Part shown: in pieces, positions 1 to 8,400 of the stretch
Layout of the letters: each line of letters starts with the position of its first letter
Numbering within the stretch: position 1 is the first letter of the stretch
NCBI GenBank assembly: GCA_021776215.1
Contig: JAJFGI010000028.1
Coordinates: 1-62,457 of the forward strand
Source: Kiloniellaceae bacterium
GTDB taxonomy: Bacteria; Pseudomonadota; Alphaproteobacteria; Kiloniellales; J153
DNA: 62,457 nt
Reading direction: 5' to 3'
Notes under the pieces: generated by a model
What the model was told of the DNA's origin: nothing
The model's input: the letters and a program-made list of their open reading frames with translations, nothing else
Database searches by the model: none
Position numbers and translations under genes: made by a program

Positions 1-565
1 CGATGATGACGTCCTCGCCCTGCTTCCAGTTCACTGGCGTGGCCACCTGATGCTTGGCGGTGAGCTGACAGGAATCGAGCAGGCGCAAGACCTCGTCGAA
101 GTTGCGGCCGGTGCTCATGGGATAGGTCAGCATCGCCTTGATCTTCTTGTCCGGGCCGATGACGAAGACCGAGCGCACGGTGGCATTGGTGGCCGCCGTG
201 CGGCCCTCCGAGGTGTCGCCGGCGTCCTCCGGCAGCATGTCATACAGCTTGGCGACCTTCAGCTCCGGATCGCCGATCAGTGGATAGGTGACCGCGTGCC
301 CTTGCGTCTCCTCGATGTCCTTCAGCCACTTCTTGTGGTTGCCGACCGGATCGACGCTGAGGCCTATGATCTTGCAGTTGCGCTTGTCGAACTCGGGCTT
401 GAGCCCGGCCATATAGCCCAGCTCGGTCGTGCAAACCGGGGTGAAGTCCTTGGGATGCGAAAAGAGAATGGCCCAGCCATCGCCGATCCATTCATGGAAT
501 TTGATGGATCCTTCTGTCGTGTCCGTCCAGAAATCCGGGGCTTCCGAATTGATTCTCAGTGCCAT
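1..565 (-). CDS. 1-Cys peroxiredoxin (AhpC/TSA, Prx6-like); C-terminus runs off the window start
   Basis: My reverse-strand translation from the ATG (complement of 563-565) gives MALRINSEAPDFWTDTTEGSIKFHEWIGDGWAILFSHPKDFTPVCTTELGYMAGLKPEFDKRNCKIIGLSVD... The HPKDFTPVCTTE block with the peroxidatic Cys is diagnostic. A GGGAGG SD lies about 6 nt upstream. It is absent from the ORF track because it is open at the window edge. Confidence 0.85.
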   Translation of the reverse strand, partial: MALRINSEAPDFWTDTTEGSIKFHEWIGDGWAILFSHPKDFTPVCTTELGYMAGLKPEFDKRNCKIIGLSVDPVGNHKKWLKDIEETQGHAVTYPLIGDPELKVAKLYDMLPEDAGDTSEGRTAATNATVRSVFVIGPDKKIKAMLTYPMSTGRNFDEVLRLLDSCQLTAKHQVATPVNWKQGEDVII

Positions 566-706
566 GTCGTCCTCCCGTCGCGAAGATCGCGCACAAAATT
601 TCCGTCATGTGCGAAATGACCGGCGGCTCCCGCCGACCAGACGGTAGATTGAACCTGTCTTTGGTCGCTTTCAAGGCGCAAGCCGATTGTGCTAAAGGCG
701 GTTGCC

Positions 707-1414
707 ATGTGCGGACGCTATTCCTTGACCACGCCCAGCGAGGCGGTGCGCGCCTATTTCGATTTTGTCGAGCTGCCCAATCTGCCGCCACGCGCCAACA
801 TTGCGCCGAGTCAGGACGTTGCCGCCGTGCGCCTGGGACCAGACGATGATGCACGGCATTTCGTTTGGCTGCGCTGGGGCCTGATTCCGGCCTGGGCCAA
901 GGAGGCGGCCATCGGCGACCGCATGATCAACGCGCGCGCCGAGAGTGTTGCCGAGAAGCCGGCTTTCCGGAGCGCCTTTCGGGCGCGGCGTTGCTTGATC
1001 GCCGCCGACGGATTCTACGAGTGGCGCAGCGAAGGCGGGCGCAAGCAACCTTACCGAATTACGTTGCCGGACACCGACGTTTTTGCTTTCGCCGGCATTT
1101 GGGAGCGTTGGCGGGACCCGCAAGGCAACGAGTCGGTCGAAACTTGCGCTATCGTCACCACCGAGGCGGTGCCGGCGCTGCGCCCGATCCACCACCGCAT
1201 GCCGGTGATCCTCGACCCGGACGATTTTGCCGCTTGGCTGAACCCAGGGACCGAGGCCGATGCCCTGCAGGCGCTGCTGGGTGAACAGCGCCAGCGCGCC
1301 TTTACCACCTATACCGTCTCGACGCGGGTCAACAGTGCCGCCAACGACGACCTGTCCTTGCTTGCCCCAATCGAGCCGGAGGCCGCGAGGGAGAGTCAGC
1401 CGCGGCTGCTCTAG
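707..1414 (+). CDS. SOS response-associated peptidase (SRAP/YedK family, abasic-site DNA-protein crosslink protein)
   Basis: Track ORF 689..1414. The family needs Cys2 as the N-terminal nucleophile, so I chose the internal start giving MCGRYSL (ATG at 707). The conserved blocks INARAES and FYEW are present. Confidence 0.85.
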   Translation: MCGRYSLTTPSEAVRAYFDFVELPNLPPRANIAPSQDVAAVRLGPDDDARHFVWLRWGLIPAWAKEAAIGDRMINARAESVAEKPAFRSAFRARRCLIAADGFYEWRSEGGRKQPYRITLPDTDVFAFAGIWERWRDPQGNESVETCAIVTTEAVPALRPIHHRMPVILDPDDFAAWLNPGTEADALQALLGEQRQRAFTTYTVSTRVNSAANDDLSLLAPIEPEAARESQPRLL

Positions 1415-1476
1415 GCGGCTTCGGATTAGGCCTTGCGCGCCTGCTTATTAACGCACATATTATCGTAGAATAATTT

Positions 1477-1501
1477 AAATCACATAATTTTTGTGTGATT
1501 T
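1477..1501. promoter_or_regulatory. Inverted repeat AAATCACA-N9-TGTGATTT in the AT-rich promoter region of the rhodanese-YeeE pair (candidate operator)
   Basis: I read perfect 8-bp arms directly from the sequence, about 27 nt upstream of the rhodanese start, inside a locally AT-rich stretch (1440-1510). Confidence 0.35.
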
Positions 1502-1527
1502 ATCGTCAGCTTTTGCAGGAGGTCGCC

Positions 1528-2463
1528 ATGCGTGCCCTGACCGCTATTGCAGTTCTGGTTCTCTGGACCGTCGCCGGCGTTTCTCGTGGCGAGGCGGCCA
1601 ACGACGTGACCCCCCTGGTGGATGCGGCCTGGGTCAAGGCCCACACCGGCCAGCCCGACGTCGTCTTCCTCGATATCCGCAACAAGCTCGACGGCGCCTC
1701 GGAGAAAACCTATCGGCAGGGCCATATTCCCGGTGCCGTCTACAGCGACTATCTAAGCGCCGGCTGGCGCACCAAGATGGACGGGGTGCCGGGCCAGCTG
1801 CCGACGGTCGGAAGTTTGGAGGGCCTGATCGGCAATCTGGGAATCGGCAACGACAGCCACGTGGTCATCATCGCCGCCGGCGTGAGCGCCCTGGATATGG
1901 GCAGTGCCACCCGCATCTATTGGACCTTCAAGGTCCTGGGGCATGACAAGGTGTCGATCCTCAATGGCGGCTATCGCGCCTATACGGCCGATGCCGGCAA
2001 TCCCGTGGAGACTGGCTGGAACGAGCCGTCGCCGCGGATCTTCTCGGCGGCCTTCCGGCCCGAGATGGTGGCCGACTACCGTGACGTGCAGGCCGCCGCG
2101 CGTTCCCAGACGGCATTGATCGATATGCGTCCCCCGGAACAGTACCGGGGCGAGAAGGCGCACGAGGCGGCCAAGCGGCCCGGCACCATTCCGGGCGCGG
2201 TCAACGTGCCGGAAAGCCAAGTCACCGTGGACGGCGGCCGCTTCGTGAGCGCCGATCAGGTGCGCGCTCTGTTGAAGAACGCCGGGGTGGATGCCGGCGG
2301 CGAGGCCATCGCCTTCTGCAACACCGGGCATTGGGCGACGTTGGGCTGGTTCGCCGAGAGCGAGATCCTGGGCAATAAGAACGTGCGGGTCTACGACGGC
2401 TCCATGGTCGACTGGTCGGCCCGCGAGGACCTGCCGGTCGAACGCAAGACCCAGATCAACTAG
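1528..2463 (+). CDS. Periplasmic thiosulfate sulfurtransferase (tandem rhodanese domains)
   Basis: Track ORF 1495..2463. I chose the start at 1528, after the SD gcaggagg. Signal peptide MRALTAIAVLVLWTVAGVSRGEA. Two rhodanese-like halves, with the active-site loop CNTGHWA in the C-terminal half. Confidence 0.8.
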   Translation: MRALTAIAVLVLWTVAGVSRGEAANDVTPLVDAAWVKAHTGQPDVVFLDIRNKLDGASEKTYRQGHIPGAVYSDYLSAGWRTKMDGVPGQLPTVGSLEGLIGNLGIGNDSHVVIIAAGVSALDMGSATRIYWTFKVLGHDKVSILNGGYRAYTADAGNPVETGWNEPSPRIFSAAFRPEMVADYRDVQAAARSQTALIDMRPPEQYRGEKAHEAAKRPGTIPGAVNVPESQVTVDGGRFVSADQVRALLKNAGVDAGGEAIAFCNTGHWATLGWFAESEILGNKNVRVYDGSMVDWSAREDLPVERKTQIN

Positions 2464-2606
2464 GCACGCCGTCAAACTTGGCGCCGGATCACCTGGAATC
2501 GCGGTCACATTCCGGTGTGGCGGCCTCGACAGAGCCGCTGCTGCCGAGCATAAGATGACGGCATCCGCGGCTCCAGGCGGCCGGCGCAGAACAGGGCAAC
2601 GGTCCA

Positions 2607-3857
2607 ATGTCGGTTATCGGCGACTTGCCGTGCAGGGCTGAGGCTCCCGCGCGGCCCGGGCCTGACTGGCGCATCACCGGGTTGGCGCTCGCCCTGCTGC
2701 TCGGCGGCATGACGTACATCGCCAGCACGGTCGCCGTGCACCAGGCGGTGCTCTATGCCCTCGGTGCCGCGCTGGGCCTGGTGCTCTTTCATGCGGCGTT
2801 CGGGTTTGCCTCCACGTGGCGGGTGTTTCTGGTCGATGGGCGGGGTGCGGGCTTACGCGCCCAGATGCTGATGTTGGCGCTGGCGACTGCGATTTTCCTG
2901 CCGGTCCTGTCCCAGGGCACATTTTTCGGCCAGCCGGTCGGCGGGGCGTTGGCGCCCTTCGGAGTCTCCGTGCTGGTCGGGGCATTCCTGTTTGGCGTGG
3001 GCATGCAGTTGGGCGGCGGCTGCGCCTCGGGCACGCTCTACACGGTGGGCGGTGGCTCAGGACGGATGCTGGTCACCCTGGTCTTCTTCATCATCGGCTC
3101 GCTCCTGGGCACGGCGCATCTGCCGTGGTGGCTGGGGACGCCCAGCTTGGGCACCATCTCGCTGGTCGAGGAGATGGGTCTTCCCGCCGCGCTCGTGGTG
3201 CAGCTCGGTCTTTTCGCGTTGATTGCCGCGGCGACAGTTGTTGTCGAAAAACGGCGCCACGGCCGGCTTGAGCACGGCGGCGCCGGTTTGCCGGGACAGG
3301 GTGGCGGGCGCCGTTTTGCCGACCGGATCTGGCGCGGACCCTGGCCGCTGCTGATCGGCGGCGTTGTCTTGGCCTTGCTCAACGCCGCGACGTTGGCGCT
3401 GGCGGGTCATCCCTGGACGGTTTCTTTCGGATACGCCCTATGGGGCGCCAAGGCCGCGACCGCGCTAGGTGTCGATGTGGCCTCCTGGGAGTTCTGGACC
3501 TGGCCCGGCCCGCAGCGGTTTCTCGCGGGCAGCGTGTTTGCCCAGTCCACGTCGGTCATGAACTTCGGCATTATTGTCGGCGCGTTCCTGGCCGCCGGTC
3601 TGGCCGGCAAGTTCGGCCCGCTGCGGCGGCTCGATTGGGGCTCGGTGACCGCTGCGGCGGTCGGTGGCATCCTTATGGGCTATGGGGCCCGGCTGGCCTT
3701 CGGCTGCAACGTCGGGGCCTATTTCAGCGGCATCGCCTCGGGCAGCCTGCACGGCTGGCTGTGGTTCGCCGCGGCGTTGGCGGGCACCTACATCGGCACC
3801 GCGCTGCGCCCGCGCTTTGGCCTGTTTGTCGAGCGCCGCCGCGCCGCGACCGCTTGA
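2607..3857 (+). CDS. YeeE/YedE family inner-membrane sulfur (thiosulfate) transport protein
   Basis: Track ORF, 416 aa, polytopic membrane protein. Each half carries the duplicated Cys motif typical of YeeE/YedE (GGGCASGTLY and AFGCNVGAYF). The start codon is uncertain. Confidence 0.8.
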   Translation: MSVIGDLPCRAEAPARPGPDWRITGLALALLLGGMTYIASTVAVHQAVLYALGAALGLVLFHAAFGFASTWRVFLVDGRGAGLRAQMLMLALATAIFLPVLSQGTFFGQPVGGALAPFGVSVLVGAFLFGVGMQLGGGCASGTLYTVGGGSGRMLVTLVFFIIGSLLGTAHLPWWLGTPSLGTISLVEEMGLPAALVVQLGLFALIAAATVVVEKRRHGRLEHGGAGLPGQGGGRRFADRIWRGPWPLLIGGVVLALLNAATLALAGHPWTVSFGYALWGAKAATALGVDVASWEFWTWPGPQRFLAGSVFAQSTSVMNFGIIVGAFLAAGLAGKFGPLRRLDWGSVTAAAVGGILMGYGARLAFGCNVGAYFSGIASGSLHGWLWFAAALAGTYIGTALRPRFGLFVERRRAATA

Positions 3858-4052
3858 TCGGGCGGCCCCGGCCGGCCCCGAGGCCGGCTTGCACGGCTCC
3901 GCCGTTGTGCGCTATACGAGATTGTGGCTCGGCGGCGAGTTGCATAGTCTGGAGCCCGCGCGCGTTTAGGCGGGCGGGGCTGTGTGCGCCGTCGCGCGAT
4001 ATTTTCCGCCGCAACTTGCGCGGGGGGACTCATGTTGAGGGGATTAGGGGAC

Positions 4053-4958
4053 ATGAAGGCCAAAGGGCTCCTTTATGGCGCAGTAGTGGTCGCGGCGCTG
4101 GCGTCGCCGGCGCAGGCCGATCCGATCTTCGATAAGTCATCGGGAATTGGGCTCGACGCCAACGGTATCGCTTTCATGAATGGCCTGTATTCGGGCTATG
4201 TCGATCTCTCGAAGGCGCGCAGCGCGGCGCACGATCCCTTCGATGGCGAGCATTTCAATCATAAAGCCAGGACCGCGGCGCGCCGGTCGCCGGTCGATGC
4301 CGACTGGGTGGCGGACCGCGAGCTTAGCGCGGCCGATGCCGCCGCGCTGTCGGCCGCGTTCGACCGTATGCGCACGGCGTTCGACCGCGGTGGCCGCAAT
4401 CTGGCACCGGCGGACTCGGCAACGGCCCAGGTCAGCTACGATTGCTGGATCGAGGCGGCCGAACGGGTCAAGATCGGCACGATCTCTCCGGATAATAACG
4501 ACGTAACGGACTGCAAGGCGGCGTTTGCCGACGCTATCTCCCGGGTTGAATCCGCCGCCGACCTGAGCCTGACCGGGTTGGCGCAGAAGCCGGCGCCCGC
4601 CCCGGCGCCGCAGGTTGCCGCCGTCGCCCCCCGGCCGTTCATCGTCCATTTCGACTTCGATAGCGATGTCCTGAGCCGGACCACTTTGCAGATCATCGAT
4701 GATGCCGTGGCGACAGCCGACAAGCACGGAATCGTGGATTTCTCGGTCACCGGCCATGCCGATCGCGCGGGACCGGAAGCCTATAATCTGGATCTGTCGT
4801 TGCGTCGGGCGAATGCGGTGCGCGATGCGTTGATCCAGCGTGGCGTCAAGGCAAGCGGCATCAGCGTCGCGGGCCGTGGGGAGGCCGAGCCGGCGGTACC
4901 CACACCGGACGGCGTGCGCGAGCCGGCAAATCGGCGGGTTGAAATCATCCTGCTCTAG
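4053..4958 (+). CDS. OmpA-family (OmpA_C-like peptidoglycan-binding) protein
   Basis: Track ORF 3984..4958. The start was chosen at MKAKGLLYGAVVVAALASPAQA (signal peptide). The C-terminal block is FDFDSDVLS...TGHADRAGPEAYNLDLSLRRANAVRDAL...GRGEAEP...NRRVEI. Confidence 0.8.
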   Translation: MKAKGLLYGAVVVAALASPAQADPIFDKSSGIGLDANGIAFMNGLYSGYVDLSKARSAAHDPFDGEHFNHKARTAARRSPVDADWVADRELSAADAAALSAAFDRMRTAFDRGGRNLAPADSATAQVSYDCWIEAAERVKIGTISPDNNDVTDCKAAFADAISRVESAADLSLTGLAQKPAPAPAPQVAAVAPRPFIVHFDFDSDVLSRTTLQIIDDAVATADKHGIVDFSVTGHADRAGPEAYNLDLSLRRANAVRDALIQRGVKASGISVAGRGEAEPAVPTPDGVREPANRRVEIILL

Positions 4959-5089
4959 GGCCCTGGCCCCGGGGCAGGGCCCCGGGGGTACCTCCTATGA
5001 AATGATGCATCCGGCTGGTTGCCGAGCCGGATAGGCGCGTGCGCGCGCGAATGCGGCCCTGCGGCGGTAGAATTGGCGCTTTCCGTAGG

Positions 5090-5330
5090 GGTAAAGTAAC
5101 GTAGAATAAATACTGCTTTATTTCGCAGAAATCTATTTGGCATCCACATAGATGCTTTGTAATATTAACCAAATGTATTTTTGTATTAACCGATATTCCT
5201 GTTTACATTTACCATACTGCAGCTAATATTACTGCCTCTACAGTGAACTCATACATATATATGTAGTTACTTCGACGTCATCTGTTGAAATTAACTCGAT
5301 TTTTACTCAAACTGGCGTCAATGAATTCTT
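5090..5330. promoter_or_regulatory. Strongly AT-rich upstream region of the giant adhesin gene (probable promoter/silencer target)
   Basis: About 240 bp is visibly AT-rich in an otherwise GC-rich window. It contains the palindrome ACATATATATGT and several TTAAC half-sites. No ORF is present. Confidence 0.4.
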
Positions 5331-5410
5331 AATACATTGGGACGTTGCCGCCGTGCTGGGGAGCATGACGACGGGTGGCAGCGGACCTTGTCGAGGAAGG
5401 GAATTAGGGA

Positions 5411-8400
5411 ATGACCGAGGATCTGTCCTGGGGGCCGGCGGACGAGTCTGCCGCGAAGACCGAGTCCACCGGCGCCACGAATAACGGTGCCGTTTCGGGC
5501 ACCGAGGGCGCCGAGACGCTGGTCGGCCAAGCCGCCATTCTCGTGCAGGCCCCGCCGCCAGACACCGTGGTGACAATTCCGGTGGTGCCCGGACAGCGCT
5601 ACGTCATCGACTTCGATCCTGCCGCGGCTCAGATCGTTGTCGCCGGCGACGACCTGATCCTGACCTTCGCCAATGACGGTCGGATTGTTTTCCAGGACAT
5701 CGGCGCCATCGATCCCGCACTGGAAGCGCCGATCTTCGAAATTGCCGGAGCCGATGTGCCGGCCTCGGTTCTTTACCAGCAGGCGGTCGCTCTGGCCGGC
5801 CCTGCCGCGACGGTCGAGGGGCAGCCGACCCTGGAGACCGCGGCCGGCCCGGGCGCCGGGCCCGGCGCGCAGGGTACCGGCGCGACCCAGTACAGCGACG
5901 ATACCGGCCAGACCATCGACCTGCTCAATCCCCAAGGCGTTATTCCCGGCGTCGAGCGCGAGTTCGGCCTAATCACCCTGGAAAATATCGATCTGTTGGA
6001 GGAGCAGGAGGCGCTCCTGGTCGTGGGAAGCGTCGGCGATCCGACGGTGTCGATTTCCGGCAGCGGCGATGGCGGCTTCAAGGAAGATGCGCCCAACAAT
6101 GTGGCGATCACGGCGGCGGTCGCGGATTCGACCGATCAGCTCACCTCCATCGTCGTCGAGGGTTTGACCTGGGGCATCGCGCCGGCGGAACTGGCGGCGC
6201 TGGAGGCGGAGGCGGATGTCGCCAGCGTGACCTTCGTCGGCGGCACCTTGACGATCACCTTCGTGCCGGGCGTGGAAACCTTCGCCTACTTCGCGCTGAT
6301 CATGACTCCGCCGGAGGATACGGACGTCGACTTGCTGGGCACGATCACGGCGAACGCCCAGGATAAGACGAATCCCGCCCTGACCAGCAGCACCGCGATT
6401 GGGTTCACCTTCGTCGTCGACGCGGTTCTCGACTTCCAGCCGGAGATATCGCAGGGCTCGGCGCCGTCGGTGGGGGAGAGCGACGTCGCCCAGGACATCA
6501 GCCTGGGTCTTAGTTTTTCGTCGGTCAATGCGGGCTTTCCGCTATCGGGAGCCGGCGGCCCCGACGACGACGGCTCGGAGTCGACGACGGTCGAGATCGA
6601 AATCTCGGCGGGCACCCTGCAATTCGACGGCAGCGAGCCGGCCGGCGTATCGCTCGCCTTTAACGGCGGCACAGGCCGCTGGGAACTGACCGGCTACACC
6701 AATGACGCCGAGTTGGGCCAGGCGATCAATGCCCTGAGCATAAACGTCCCGGCGGGCTTCGACGGTGACATTACGGGAACGATCTTCACCCGGACGGCCG
6801 AGGCAAACACGCCCGAGGGAGCGGCGCCCGGCAGCGGCCAGGAACCCGAGACATCCGACAATGTGCGCGAAGGTACGTTCGAATTCAGCGCGACCGTTAG
6901 AGGAGACATTAGCCAACCAACGGTGGCGATTTCCGGCAGCGGCGATGGCGGCTTCAAGGAAGATGCCCCCAACAATGTAGCGATCAGTGCGTCTGTCGCG
7001 GATTCGACCGATCAACTCACTTCCATCGTCGTCGAGGGTCTGACCTGGGGCATCGCTCCGGCGGAACTGACCGCGCTGGAAGCGGACGCGGATGTCGCGA
7101 GCGTGACCTTCGTCGGCGGCACCTTGACGATTACCTTCGTGCCGGGGGTGGAGAGCTTCACCTACAGCGCCCTGACCATGACCCCGCCGGAGGACACGGA
7201 CGTCGACTTGCTGGGCACGATCACGGCGAATGCCCAGGATAAGACGACACCCGCCCTGACCAGCAGCACTGCTGTCGGGTTCACCTTCGTCGTCGATGCG
7301 GTTCTCGATTTCCAGCCGGAGATATCGCAGGCAGTGGCGCCGACGGAGGCGGAGAGCGACGTCGCGCAGGACATCAGCCTGGGTCTTAGTTTTTCGACGG
7401 TCAATGCCGGTTTTCCGTTCTCGGGAGCCGGTGGGCCTGACGACGACGGCTCGGAGTCGACGACGGTCGAAATCGAGATATCGGCGGGGACCCTGCAATT
7501 CGACGGCAGCGAGCCGGCCGGCGTATCGCTCGCCTTCAATGGCGGCACCGGCCGCTGGGAATTGACCGGCTACGCCAATGACGCCGAGCTGGGTCAGGCG
7601 ATCAATGCCCTGAGCATAAACGTTCCGGCGGGCTTCGATGGCGTCATTACGGGAACGGTCTTCACCCGGACGGTGGAAGCAAACACGCCCGAGGGCGCGG
7701 CGCCCGGCAGCGGCCAGGAGCCCGAGACATCCGATAACGTGCGAGAAGGCGAGTTCGCCTTCAGCGCGACCGTCGAAGGAAGCGCCGGCGAGCCGACCGT
7801 ATCGATTTCCGGCGGCGGCGATGGCATCTTCAAGGAAGATACTAGCGGCGAGGTCACGTTCTCGGCGGCAGTCGCGAATTCAACCGACGAGTTGACATCA
7901 TTGGAGATCTCGGGGCTTACCTGGGGCGTCGCCGCCAGCGAATTGACTGACTTGGAAGCGCTGGCGGACGTGGCGAGCGCGACTTTCGTGGGCGACACAC
8001 TGACGATCACGTTCGTGGCAGGTGTCGAGAGCTTTAACTACTCGGCCCTGACCGTAACTCCGCCAGCGGATACGGATGTCGACTTGTCGGGGGTGGTGAT
8101 CACGGCAAATGTCCAGGATAAGACGACGCCGGCCCTGACCGCCAGCAACTCCGCTGAGACCACATTCGTTGTCGACGCAGTGCTCGACTTTCAGCCGGAG
8201 GTATCGCAGGTCTTGGCGCCGTCGGTGGGCGAGAGCGACGTCGCGCAGGACATCAGCCTGGGTCTTAGTTTTTCGACGGTCAATGCCGGTTTTCCGTTCT
8301 CGGGAGCCGGCGGCCCCGACGACGACGGGTCGGAGTCGACGACGGTCGAAATCGAGATATCGGCGGGGACCCTGCAATTCGACGGCAGCGAGCCGGCCGG

